Virus genome (UHGV): UHGV-0039337
Direction: 5' to 3' (one strand)
Length of the DNA stretch: 64,000 nucleotides
Source of the DNA: a virus
Shown here: piece after piece, positions 1 to 9,573 of the stretch
Layout: every line of letters starts with the position of its first letter
Position numbering within the stretch: position 1 is the stretch's first letter
Made by a program: the position numbers and the translations under genes
Notes under the pieces: generated by a model
The model's database searches: none
What the model was told of the DNA's origin: nothing
The model's input: the letters and a program-made list of their open reading frames with translations, nothing else

Positions 1-67
1 AGATCACCACAAGAAGACTTTGCTGATGCTATATATATTGCTAAATGTTTAAATCATTGGATGAGAT

Positions 68-95
68 AACGGCATATTCTGCCGTTATTTTTTAT
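68..95 (+). terminator. Rho-independent terminator-like hairpin for a gene lying left of the window
   Basis: Perfect 7-bp stem AACGGCA-TATTC-TGCCGTT followed by ATTTTTTAT. Confidence 0.45.
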
Positions 96-136
96 GCTAA
101 AGAATATATAGTATATTCAAACAAGATAACAAAGAG

Positions 137-994
137 GTGGTAAATATACGCACTATAGAATTGCTTGATTATATTAAATTGCATAATGAAGTTTTATGCA
201 AGAAAATATATAGAATTGAAATATCAAATTTACCATATGCAATTTACCGATTTGACTTATATAAAATACATAAGATGCTATGGTATATAAATTATAAATA
301 TAACATAGTGGGTTACAAAGGAAGTATAGTAACTAAACTATTAAATAACAACCTAGACTATATTGTATATAACAGTGAAGGTTATACCAAAATGACTCCT
401 ACCAATTATATAGATTTTGAGATGTCAAATAGTGAATATAAAAAATTTATAGAAAAATATAGCGATACATTAAGAACTATTTATTATTTATCTACATTTG
501 ATACAGGATTCATAGTAAATAAAAAAGGAATAATACATTTAATAGCTGATATATACAATATATCATTAACAGGAGATGTAGATTATATAGATGAATCTAA
601 AGAATATGAAATACATATAAATAATAAATATTATTTTACATCAATGGGTTATTTAAAAAACGAGTTAGGAATTAATAACATAATAAGAAATGATCTATGC
701 TATGCTAGAGAAATAGGTCCTGGTGATATACAATCATATAAAAATTATACATATAATGTAGATATTTCATTACATAAAAATGATTCAACAAATACTATTG
801 ATGATGATTTATTGACAAAAGGATACAAACATGAAGTGCTACAATGGTTTTATACACAAGATGAATCTAATATAATATCTTCGCCTTCTCCTAGCTATCC
901 TGCACAAGTTACAATAGATACTGCAACAAACACTACACGATATTTTGATGGTAACCAATGGGTTACTGTAATAGGTAACGGTAGGGAGGCTTGA
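137..994 (+). CDS. Hypothetical protein (start codon uncertain: GTG at 137 with a weak nearby RBS)
   Basis: 285-aa ORF, first gene after the terminator. The C-terminal ...YFDGNQWVTVIGNG looks phage-structural, but no motif was recognised. A GAGGTGG-like RBS overlaps the putative GTG. Confidence 0.4.
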   Translation: MVNIRTIELLDYIKLHNEVLCKKIYRIEISNLPYAIYRFDLYKIHKMLWYINYKYNIVGYKGSIVTKLLNNNLDYIVYNSEGYTKMTPTNYIDFEMSNSEYKKFIEKYSDTLRTIYYLSTFDTGFIVNKKGIIHLIADIYNISLTGDVDYIDESKEYEIHINNKYYFTSMGYLKNELGINNIIRNDLCYAREIGPGDIQSYKNYTYNVDISLHKNDSTNTIDDDLLTKGYKHEVLQWFYTQDESNIISSPSPSYPAQVTIDTATNTTRYFDGNQWVTVIGNGREA

Positions 995-995
995 T

Positions 996-1757
996 ATGCA
1001 AATAGAATATAAAGACTTGGAGTTATATAAAAAATGTCCAGTTAAGCATTACATGAAAACATGTGGTTATCATGTATCTCATAAATCATATAACGACTAT
1101 TTACACGATATGTATAATTTTCTATTAGCAGCTATGTTTTATCATGGTGAAGATGCCGTTGGAATTACAGAAAAATACTGGGAAGATGCATATAGAAAGA
1201 ATCAAGATATAATAACAGAAAAGCAATGGCTCAAAGGTGTAGGTTATATGTGTAATATCTATGATTACTTTTTATATTCTAATATGAAAATAGTAGCTGT
1301 TAATTATCCTTATTTAATAGAGTTTCCAGAATATAATGTAGCACTAACAGGTAATATACCAATGATTGCTAATGAAGGCAACGATAATCAATATATTATT
1401 ATTGATCCTTCTTTTAGTAATAAAATGAAAACGAATAAAGACCTGGATCATGACATTAAATACAGCGCTTACTCTAAAGCTATAAGAGATTTATATGATA
1501 GTACAGCTATTATTATTAATAGAAATTTTAATTTAGGACAGGAATGTCTACCTATTATGCGTAATGAAATGCATTACTCAAGATTAGGATTGATAGTAAA
1601 AAATACAATAGAAGCTATTAAAAATGAAATATATATACCTTGTGATGATTATACATGTAATTCATGTAAACTATGTGGTATATGTACATATTGGGGAACA
1701 AGCGCTTTTATTAATCGTAATAAAGTACAGGCCGAACATATTACAAAGAATAAATAA
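996..1757 (+). CDS. Cas4/RecB-family-like PD-(D/E)XK nuclease with a Cys cluster (putative)
   Basis: The N-terminal LELYKKCPVKHYMK resembles the Cas4/RecB N-terminal Cys motif. The C-terminus carries a CxxCxxCxxC cluster (CNSCKLCGIC), and IIIDPSFSNK is a possible D..(D/E)xK. The start overlaps the previous stop (ATGA). Confidence 0.45.
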   Translation: MQIEYKDLELYKKCPVKHYMKTCGYHVSHKSYNDYLHDMYNFLLAAMFYHGEDAVGITEKYWEDAYRKNQDIITEKQWLKGVGYMCNIYDYFLYSNMKIVAVNYPYLIEFPEYNVALTGNIPMIANEGNDNQYIIIDPSFSNKMKTNKDLDHDIKYSAYSKAIRDLYDSTAIIINRNFNLGQECLPIMRNEMHYSRLGLIVKNTIEAIKNEIYIPCDDYTCNSCKLCGICTYWGTSAFINRNKVQAEHITKNK

Positions 1758-1772
1758 AGGTGGTGCTCTTGC

Positions 1773-1889
1773 ATGGGTAAAAGAAAAGGTATACTTATAA
1801 AAGAAGAAGTAGGATTTGTTCCACAAGTTATAGATAAGAAAAAATCTGATAATAAAGATAATAAAAAAGATAAGAAAACTAAGAAATAA
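1773..1889 (+). CDS. Small lysine-rich protein (about 38 aa), not in the supplied ORF track
   Basis: ATG preceded by an AAAGGTGGTG RBS. The ORF is MGKRKGILIKEEVGFVPQVIDKKKSDNKDNKKDKKTKK, ending at TAA 1887-1889. Confidence 0.3.
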   Translation: MGKRKGILIKEEVGFVPQVIDKKKSDNKDNKKDKKTKK

Positions 1890-1954
1890 AGGCGATAGAA
1901 ACGAAATACTTATTAAGTCTATCGATAAAATTAAAGGAGTGGGGAGATAATTAT

Positions 1955-2455
1955 ATGGCTAAGAAATATAAGAACAAGAAAAATAGTCGTGCTAGTATGG
2001 GTAAAATATTTCACAAGAAAACAACAATAGACGGGATAACTTTCGATAGTGAAACAGAAGCTAGATATTATGAATATATACGTGATAATAAAAAAGAACT
2101 GAATATAAAAGAGATAGAATTACAGCCACAATTTGTATTGCAAAATAAATATATACTTACTCCAAACGGTAGACGTATCGACTATAAAGATGATAAACAG
2201 TTTAGAATGGAGCAAAAGAAATATCCTAAATGTACGCATCAAGCTATAAAATATATAGCAGACTTTAAGATAACATATAATGATAACACTATAGATATTG
2301 TTGACGTTAAAGGAACAAAAACGCCAGATTTCAAAATAAAAGAAAAAATATTTAATTATGTGTATCCCGAATATCATAAGTTAAAATGTATAGCTTATTA
2401 TCGTGGCGAATGGTTATTATGGGATGACTATAAAAAGAAAAGTAAAAAGAAATAA
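1955..2455 (+). CDS. DUF1064-family phage protein
   Basis: TIDGITFDSETEARYY...LQPQF...YIADFKITYNDNTIDIVDVKGTKTPDFKIKEKIF matches the DUF1064 signature (ITFDSKKEA..Y ... YxADF ... EDVKG). A GGAGTGGGGAG RBS lies upstream. Confidence 0.55.
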   Translation: MAKKYKNKKNSRASMGKIFHKKTTIDGITFDSETEARYYEYIRDNKKELNIKEIELQPQFVLQNKYILTPNGRRIDYKDDKQFRMEQKKYPKCTHQAIKYIADFKITYNDNTIDIVDVKGTKTPDFKIKEKIFNYVYPEYHKLKCIAYYRGEWLLWDDYKKKSKKK

Positions 2456-2463
2456 TTGCAATA

Positions 2464-3381
2464 TTGGGAGCGATAAAATATATACTGCAAGGGAGATTAA
2501 AATTGAAACCATATGATAATCAAAATGCATTAGCTTTATCTAATGAAGAAAGATTAGAACAATGGGCAGAAGTTGAAGGATTAGTTTTAACATATCAACA
2601 ATATCTACATGACCCCACTGAATCATATCTATCAGAAGAGGCAGCTTACACACTTATGCAGAAATTCTCACCGTTATTCAAATCGTATTTAACAGTAATA
2701 AAATATAATCAAATAGATTGGTCTAGTAAAGAACAAAAGTTGTTTGTTGCTCAATTTATCGGTGACAGAAGACTTAGACAGTTCTTAACTTCTTCTAAAA
2801 AGAAATCAAGTTCAGAAACTAAAGCTAGAATATATGAAGCATTTAATTTTGTAGCAGTAACGTACGGATCATTAAATGAAGAAGATATATTAAGTGATTT
2901 ATATGTATGTTTTATGACATTAATGCAACGCTATAAACAAACAGGTAAAAACTTTTGTGCTTATGTAGCCAATGTATATCATTATGAAGTTTCTAGATAT
3001 ATTAAGAAGTTTACAAGTAACCCATTAGCTGTTAACTATAAGACTTGTACATACGAAGATTCTACCAATGGAGATAGTAATAGTAATATAGAGAACTCAT
3101 ATGAAGATTCCTATTATGAGTCTTATGTAGGTCTTCCAGATTATACATGGATAAATGGAGAAACATGTGATGAGTTATTTGATGACTTGAGTATATTACA
3201 ACGTAAAATATTAGTAGAATATTATATGGAAGATTATAATGATAGCCAAATAGGTGAACATACAGCTACTAATATAGGTACAGTAAATGGTAAACGTAGA
3301 AAAGCCATTAATAACATATGTGTTAAGCTTAACATAGATCCTAAAACAATTCCAAGACAAAGAAAAAATGGCAGGAGATAA
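2464..3381 (+). CDS. Sigma-70-family-like transcription factor (putative phage sigma factor)
   Basis: The central YVCFMTLMQRY...FCAYVANVYHYEVSRYIKK resembles region 2. The C-terminal LQRKILVEYYMEDYNDSQIGEHTATNIGTVNGKRRKAINNI resembles the region 4 helix-turn-helix. Confidence 0.4.
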   Translation: MGAIKYILQGRLKLKPYDNQNALALSNEERLEQWAEVEGLVLTYQQYLHDPTESYLSEEAAYTLMQKFSPLFKSYLTVIKYNQIDWSSKEQKLFVAQFIGDRRLRQFLTSSKKKSSSETKARIYEAFNFVAVTYGSLNEEDILSDLYVCFMTLMQRYKQTGKNFCAYVANVYHYEVSRYIKKFTSNPLAVNYKTCTYEDSTNGDSNSNIENSYEDSYYESYVGLPDYTWINGETCDELFDDLSILQRKILVEYYMEDYNDSQIGEHTATNIGTVNGKRRKAINNICVKLNIDPKTIPRQRKNGRR

Positions 3382-3394
3382 TCCTGCTTTTTTA
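3371..3394 (+). terminator. Rho-independent terminator overlapping the stop of the sigma-like gene
   Basis: GCAGGA-GATAA-TCCTGC stem-loop followed by TTTTTT. Confidence 0.5.
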
Positions 3395-3438
3395 ATGTAT
3401 AAAAAGTATATATTAAGTACATAATAAAGTTAACGGGA

Positions 3439-5139
3439 GTGATAAATATTAAAATAATAGAGCGTAAAGCTGATATAAATAAGGTAAATGAATTATCAAA
3501 TAAATATAATATATCAAAAGATATAGTTAGTTTTCTATTAGGGCGTAATGTTCCTGATAATATAATTCCATTACTTGTAGCTAAAAATGAGATAGATTTA
3601 TTACCATATGATTCATTGACTAATGTAAAAGAAGCAGCAAGTATTATTGCTAAACATATAGAGAATGATTCCAATATATTTATATACGGAGATTATGACG
3701 CAGATGGAGTAAGTGCAACTTATATCATGTATCAAGCTTTAGTGGAACTAATAGAAGCTAACCTACAATACAATAGTAGCGTATATTATCATTTACCTAA
3801 TAGAAGTGAAGGATATGGACTTAATATAGATTGGTGTAAAGCTATTCCTACTAATAACTCATTAGTTATAACAGTTGATAATGGAATAACAAAAAGAGAA
3901 GAAGTTGAATATTTAAAAACTAACAATATAGAAGTGTTAATAACTGATCATCATAAACCACAAAAAGGTATGATACCAGACTGTACAATAGTAGATGCTC
4001 ATCTATATGATACAGATAATATAAATTCTTGTGGATTATGTGGCGCTGCAGTAGCATTTAAAATTATAGCTCAATTATATAAAAACTATGGATACGACTA
4101 TTCTTATATAAAAAAATATGTAGCACATGTAGGTATAGCTACTATAACAGATGTAATGCCTTTTACAGAAGAGAATGTAATATTTATTAGTAATGCTTTA
4201 AAATATATAAATGATTATCCTTATAGTAATGAAGAATACGCTCCAGTAACAGAATCTATATATTATTATGCTGAATCAAATAAAGGTAGTAAAGTTACTC
4301 CAAAAGACATAGCTTTTGGATTTGGTCCTCAAATAAATAGTTGTGGTAGAATGGGAGATATTCAAGTAGCTATGGATTTTATGTTAGCTACAGATGAAGA
4401 AGAACTATCAAATGTATTTAAAACAATGTGTCGACTTAATGACGACAGGAAAAATAAAACTAGCTTAAATATGGTTACTATACAACCTCCAAAGCTAACT
4501 GATTTAGCATTAATAATAAAACTTAATAATATAGAAGGTATAGCAGGATCTATAGCAAGTAATTTGTGCGAACAATACAATATGCCAGTAATAGTATTTA
4601 ATAACGAAGATGAAATATTATCCGGTAGTGCAAGATGTCCTGAATGTTATGATATGCAATGGTTATTGAATAATACAGATCATGTACTAACATTTGGTGG
4701 ACATACTAGTGCCGCAGGATTAAGCATAAAAGCTAAAGACTTTAAAATATTTAAAGACTCTTTTAATAAAGCAGTATCTAAAGCTCCCGTATCCGTATCA
4801 ATAGATGATACAGTATATGTAGATAAGATATTAACATCGTCTGATTTAAATAAATATACTATAACTCAATATGATAGCGTATTATTCTTTAATGAATTTA
4901 CTAGACCTATATATGCTTTAGAAAATATATACATAAAAGGCTATCATTTATCTAAAAATAATCCTAACAATATATGCTTTCATATTAAAACGAAAACTAA
5001 AGAAGTTAAGGTATGGTGTTGGGGTTACAAAGATAAATATAAAGCATTAGGTGAACCAAGTTTAGTAAATATAATAGGTTCTCTTGAAATATTTAACGGT
5101 ATGTTTGTAATAAATATATTAGATATAGAAGCGGTTTAA
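3439..5139 (+). CDS. RecJ-like DHH/DHHA1 phosphoesterase (single-strand DNA exonuclease)
   Basis: GTG start with a GGGAG RBS. DHH motifs are present: IYGDYDADGVSAT (motif I/II) and LITDHHKP (motif III). The length is RecJ-like. Confidence 0.7.
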   Translation: MINIKIIERKADINKVNELSNKYNISKDIVSFLLGRNVPDNIIPLLVAKNEIDLLPYDSLTNVKEAASIIAKHIENDSNIFIYGDYDADGVSATYIMYQALVELIEANLQYNSSVYYHLPNRSEGYGLNIDWCKAIPTNNSLVITVDNGITKREEVEYLKTNNIEVLITDHHKPQKGMIPDCTIVDAHLYDTDNINSCGLCGAAVAFKIIAQLYKNYGYDYSYIKKYVAHVGIATITDVMPFTEENVIFISNALKYINDYPYSNEEYAPVTESIYYYAESNKGSKVTPKDIAFGFGPQINSCGRMGDIQVAMDFMLATDEEELSNVFKTMCRLNDDRKNKTSLNMVTIQPPKLTDLALIIKLNNIEGIAGSIASNLCEQYNMPVIVFNNEDEILSGSARCPECYDMQWLLNNTDHVLTFGGHTSAAGLSIKAKDFKIFKDSFNKAVSKAPVSVSIDDTVYVDKILTSSDLNKYTITQYDSVLFFNEFTRPIYALENIYIKGYHLSKNNPNNICFHIKTKTKEVKVWCWGYKDKYKALGEPSLVNIIGSLEIFNGMFVINILDIEAV

Positions 5140-5160
5140 TCAACCGTTTCTTTTTTTATG
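5132..5160 (+). terminator. Terminator-like hairpin after the recJ-like gene
   Basis: CGGTT-TAATCA-AACCG stem followed by TTTCTTTTTTTAT. Confidence 0.4.
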
Positions 5161-5197
5161 CTATAATATATACTAAATATAAAATGAAAGCTAGGGG

Positions 5198-8100
5198 ATG
5201 ATTAATATAAGTTTTATACATTGTCATGTTCATACAATTTATTCTATGCTCGACGGCTACTGTAAAATAGATGACTTAATAGAAAAAGCCAAAGAATATA
5301 ATATGTCTTCAATATGTATAACTGATCATGGTACACTTGCAGGTATTTATGAGTTTAATGATAAATGCAAAAAAGCAGGATTAAAACCTATATTAGGTAT
5401 TGAAGTATATCAAACTCATGACATATCAAAAATAATACTGCCAGTAGAAGAAAGAAAAAAGATAGCTTGGGATAAATATTTAGAAATAAACAATATAACA
5501 GATGAAAAAAGCCTAGGCAAGCTAACTAATAAGAAAAAAGCAGAACTAAGTTCAGAATATATATATGATACCAAAGGATATCATTTAATCTTAATAGCAA
5601 AAAACCAAACAGGTTGGAATAATCTCGTTAAGTTAAGTAGTAAAGCAAATGATATAGCAATGTTTAATGGTAAAGGGCATATAGATTATAATTTATTAAA
5701 GCAATATAGCGAAGGATTAATATGCACTACAGCATGTATAAGTTCTATGTTTAATCATGCATTATCTAACAATAATATGGATAAAGCTGTTAAGCATATA
5801 AAAATATTATTGGATATATTTCATGATGATTTATACATAGAGTTACAACCTTTAGAATGGAATAAGCAGGTTGAAATAAATAAAAAAGCTATTAAAATAG
5901 CTAAACAATATAATATTAAAACTATAGCAACTAGTGATGTACATTATACCAATTATGAAGATGATTATGAACACGATATATTATTATGTATAGGTACTGG
6001 CAAAACATATAACGACCCTAATAGAATGAAATACGATCATGAATATTGGTTTAGAAATGAAAACGAAATGATAGATGGTTTTAATAGAAGTAATTATACA
6101 AGTGAAGAGATGCAAGCTATTAAAACTGCTATAAATAATACAACATTATTAGCAGATACTGTAGAAGATAATATACAAGTAGGTAGCGATCATGAACTAT
6201 TACCAGAGGTAGATGTACCTGAAGGTTATACAACTAAATCATGGTTAAAGCGTCAATGCTGGACTAACTTATATAAATATCTAACAGACAATAACTTAAT
6301 GGATAAACGTTATATTTATGAGTCTAGATTAAAAGAAGAACTTGATGTAATAATAACTAAAGGTTTTGCTGGATATATGTTAATAGTTCAAGACATAATA
6401 AATATTGGTCAACAAGCTGGTTGTAGTTTTGGGCCTGGACGTGGTAGCGTTGGTGGTTGTCTTGTAGCCTTCTTGCTCGGCATAAGTAAAGGAATAGATC
6501 CTATTGAATATGGATTACTATTCTTTAGATTTTTAACTGTTTCTAGAACTGCAAATCCAGATATTGATAGCGACTGCAGTCAGGTTGATAGACAAAAACT
6601 ATTAAGAATAATAAATAATAAGTATCATAACACTAATGTTACTCAAGTAGGTACATTAACTACATTAGGAGTTAAAAATGGCGTTAAAGATGTCATGCGT
6701 GTATTGAATTATAGTTTTGCAGAATCAAATGCTGTATCTAAAAAATTAGATGAAATATATGCTGAACCAGATTTATCTTTTAAAAAGCTTGATAGTTTTG
6801 AATCTGAAGATCCAGAATTATATAAAAAATATAAAGAGTTAGAATCAGAATATCCTAACGTATTTAAGTTAGCACGTAAATTTAATGGATGTCCTAGAAA
6901 TATGGGAGTACATGCTGGAGGTGTAGGTATAACACCTACTCCAATAAATGATATATATCCTACTAGAAATATTGATGGTAAAAAAGTTACTGTATGGGAA
7001 AAAGATACAATAGAAAAAGCAGGAATCGTCAAAATAGATATGTTAGGATTAAAAACTATATCTGTAATAGAATTATGCTTAAAGTTTATAAAAAAGAATC
7101 ATGATATAGATATATCATTAAACGAACTTTATAATAATAAAGAAATACGTAATGATTCTAATGTATTTAATATGCTATCAGAAGGTAAAACTGATGGTGT
7201 ATTTCAATTTGAAAGTAACTTATTTAAAAATGCTTGTAAGAACGTTAAACCTACAGATATAAATGACTTAATAGCAATTACTGCATTTAATAGACCTGGC
7301 CCATTATCTGCCGGCTTCGATAAGAAATATGCTAATAGAAAAAATGGATTAGAACCTGTAAATTATCCTTTAGGTTGTGATGATATATTAGGTGATACAT
7401 ACGGATGTCTATTATATCAAGAACAATGTATGTTAATATCAAAAAAGGTAGCTGGCTTCGATGATAATCAGGCAGATACATATTTAAGAAAATCACTAGC
7501 CAAAAAGAAACGTGCTTTAATAGATCTTTGTAGACAGTGGTTTATATATGGAAAACCTGAACATGACGAATACGGATCACCTATAGAAGGTGGTATTAAT
7601 AGAGGATATGATGAACAAGAACTTAAAGACTTTTTCGATGAGTTAGAAGGGTACGCTAGTTACGTTTTTAATAAAAGTCATGCAGCGAGTTATAGTCTTC
7701 TAACAGTAATTAGTGCATGGTTAAAATATTATTATTCTGAAGAATTCTTTGCAGCTCTTCTTACTTATTCAGTTGATGAAAAAGCTGATTTATATAATGA
7801 TATATTAAGTAAACAATATGACATACATATAACTGTACCAGATATAAAGAACTTATCTGAAAATTATAATCCAACACAAGGTAAAATAGCATATGGAATA
7901 TCTAAAATAAAAGGAGTAGGTGCTACAGCAATATCTACTATATTAAATGCAGGACCATATGAAAGTGTAGAAGATTTTATAACTAAAGTAAATAAGTATG
8001 ATAAAGCACGTGGTAGTAAAAAAACTGTTAATAAAACAGCTATTATTGCTCTTATTAAAGCAGGAGCTTTTGACTCCTTGGGTGAAACTAATAGATTTAA

Positions 8101-8509
8101 ATTAATTAATCAAGCTTATAATGCACGTAAAGATAAAGACGAAAGACTTGATGAATCTACATGGTCAAAATCTTGTGCTCAAGCATTAGAAATAGAGGTA
8201 TTAAATACATCTATAACTTATCCATTAATATTTAATTCTGCTATGGATAAAGATATTATAACTTTAGAAAACTGTAGAATAATAAACGTTACTGAGAAAA
8301 AAGATAAAAATGGTAAACTTATGGCTTTTGTAAAAGTAAAAGTTAATGATATAGAACCAGTAGATGTTGTAGTATTTAGTAGTTTATATTTAAATAATTA
8401 TGATTTATTTGATGTTAGATATGGCGATGTTATAAATATAACAGGAGAAAAAGACGGAAAGAAATTAAAATTTAAGAAAGGAAGAAGAGAAAAGAAAGAA
8501 GATAATTAA
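5198..8509 (+). CDS. dnaE: DNA polymerase III alpha subunit, DnaE-type (copy 1), with an N-terminal PHP domain
   Basis: Carries the PHP motif HCHVHTIYSMLDG, the catalytic region GPGRGSVGGCLVAFLLGIS, FNKSHAASYSLLTV..YY, and a C-terminal OB-like tail. The length is 1103 aa. Confidence 0.85.
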   Translation: MINISFIHCHVHTIYSMLDGYCKIDDLIEKAKEYNMSSICITDHGTLAGIYEFNDKCKKAGLKPILGIEVYQTHDISKIILPVEERKKIAWDKYLEINNITDEKSLGKLTNKKKAELSSEYIYDTKGYHLILIAKNQTGWNNLVKLSSKANDIAMFNGKGHIDYNLLKQYSEGLICTTACISSMFNHALSNNNMDKAVKHIKILLDIFHDDLYIELQPLEWNKQVEINKKAIKIAKQYNIKTIATSDVHYTNYEDDYEHDILLCIGTGKTYNDPNRMKYDHEYWFRNENEMIDGFNRSNYTSEEMQAIKTAINNTTLLADTVEDNIQVGSDHELLPEVDVPEGYTTKSWLKRQCWTNLYKYLTDNNLMDKRYIYESRLKEELDVIITKGFAGYMLIVQDIINIGQQAGCSFGPGRGSVGGCLVAFLLGISKGIDPIEYGLLFFRFLTVSRTANPDIDSDCSQVDRQKLLRIINNKYHNTNVTQVGTLTTLGVKNGVKDVMRVLNYSFAESNAVSKKLDEIYAEPDLSFKKLDSFESEDPELYKKYKELESEYPNVFKLARKFNGCPRNMGVHAGGVGITPTPINDIYPTRNIDGKKVTVWEKDTIEKAGIVKIDMLGLKTISVIELCLKFIKKNHDIDISLNELYNNKEIRNDSNVFNMLSEGKTDGVFQFESNLFKNACKNVKPTDINDLIAITAFNRPGPLSAGFDKKYANRKNGLEPVNYPLGCDDILGDTYGCLLYQEQCMLISKKVAGFDDNQADTYLRKSLAKKKRALIDLCRQWFIYGKPEHDEYGSPIEGGINRGYDEQELKDFFDELEGYASYVFNKSHAASYSLLTVISAWLKYYYSEEFFAALLTYSVDEKADLYNDILSKQYDIHITVPDIKNLSENYNPTQGKIAYGISKIKGVGATAISTILNAGPYESVEDFITKVNKYDKARGSKKTVNKTAIIALIKAGAFDSLGETNRFKLINQAYNARKDKDERLDESTWSKSCAQALEIEVLNTSITYPLIFNSAMDKDIITLENCRIINVTEKKDKNGKLMAFVKVKVNDIEPVDVVVFSSLYLNNYDLFDVRYGDVINITGEKDGKKLKFKKGRREKKEDN

Positions 8510-8540
8510 AAGATAATTAAAAAAAAAGAAAAAGAAAAAA

Positions 8541-8564
8541 TAACCCGGAAGGGTTATTTTTTTA
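8541..8564. terminator. Bidirectional rho-independent terminator where plus and minus transcription converge
   Basis: UAACCC-GGAA-GGGUUA hairpin with a GNRA tetraloop, flanked by an A-run upstream and a T-run downstream. It sits between the plus-strand dnaE stop (8509) and the minus-strand gene stop (8582). Confidence 0.6.
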
Positions 8565-8581
8565 TGGTTTTAAAAAAAGAA

Positions 8582-8887
8582 TTATAAAGTATATATTAAC
8601 TCAATAATAGATGCTTTAGTTTCATCATCATATTTAGATCTTTTTATCACTTCAACTAAATCTTCTACTGGACTTATTTGCCATAAGTTATCATCAGACA
8701 TTACACTATATGTATTATCTTCGAATAATGCTTGTAATGTATATATACCTAATTCCTTATTTGATTCTGTGCGTACTGGCTTTATATCTATTATCTTACA
8801 TAATCTACTTTTATTAAAATTTGCCTTATCTATAGAATTCTCTAATTGTCCTATATGCAAATAAACTTTATCATTAATATTTAGCAT
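8582..8887 (-). CDS. Hypothetical protein
   Basis: 101-aa ORF. Its ATG overlaps the stop of a tiny upstream ORF (ATGCTAA). Confidence 0.45.
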   Translation of the reverse strand: MLNINDKVYLHIGQLENSIDKANFNKSRLCKIIDIKPVRTESNKELGIYTLQALFEDNTYSVMSDDNLWQISPVEDLVEVIKRSKYDDETKASIIELIYTL

Positions 8888-8946
8888 GGTTTTTTACCAC
8901 CTTTTTTAGTGCCTTTCTTTCCGTCTTTTTTCTTTCCGCAAGCCAT
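8881..8946 (-). CDS. Tiny lysine-rich peptide (21 aa), speculative
   Basis: A GGTGGTG RBS is followed 6 nt later by ATG. The ORF is MACGKKKDGKKGTKKGGKKPC, and its stop overlaps the next start codon. Confidence 0.2.
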   Translation of the reverse strand: MACGKKKDGKKGTKKGGKKPC

Positions 8947-9573
8947 TTATATCACCACCAATTTAGATATCTTTTCTTAATGGTCTACAAGGAATAGGCT
9001 ATGCCGACTATTCCCTATAGACAAACTGTACAGTTATTTATTGAGGTATCCTCGCTAACTCGAGGATACTATTCTATGGCATCTGCCGTTTCTTTTTACA
9101 GTCGGTAATGTGCCATCACAGTTTGAAAATAACTTAAAAGCTACCAAGTTTCTGGACTCAAACCATTACCTACTTTTCTTTGTATAGTGAGAAAAAGCTT
9201 AAAAACTCACATATATATCACTTTTAAAAAATATGTATTTCAAAAAAGTTGCCCGTGATATCATAATTCTAATGAGTTGAGATACATTTTGCTCTCTTAA
9301 GTATAGTTTAAAAATATCTACCACAATTCAATACGAATGAAAGGAGGGAGCCACCGATTGGCTCCCTAATAAATATGGAGGGAGATATTATAAATCAACT
9401 GCAATTAAACTTAATTGCTTCCTAGGTACAGTTACTGTTGTAACTAATTTACTAGGCTCATAAGGTCGTTGTAACCTCATTGATAATAAAATTAGAAAGA
9501 GAAAATATAAGAGCTTTTTGCTCTCTACTAACTATTACTTAATAATATCTGTCTAATAGATTGTTTTGTAGAT

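Noticed and set aside
2120-2377. Minus-strand 85-aa ORF inside the DUF1064 gene, and similar antisense ORFs elsewhere (3234-3674, 4362-4580, 6709-7032, 19821-20033, 25419-25760, 27484-27723, 28322-28708, 40065-40395, 54064-54261, 57163-57549, 58151-58522, 59477-59800, 62537-63057)
   Set aside because: All are antisense or frame-overlapping within confidently assigned genes in an AT-rich genome where Ile/Phe/Leu-rich ORFs arise easily. None has an RBS or a recognisable domain.
9125-9175. tRNA-like T-arm (GGUUUGAGUCCAGAAAC) on the minus strand
   Set aside because: The T-stem pairs only 3 bp, no acceptor-stem complement (CCAAGUU) lies upstream, and no anticodon arm could be built. It is not a tRNA.
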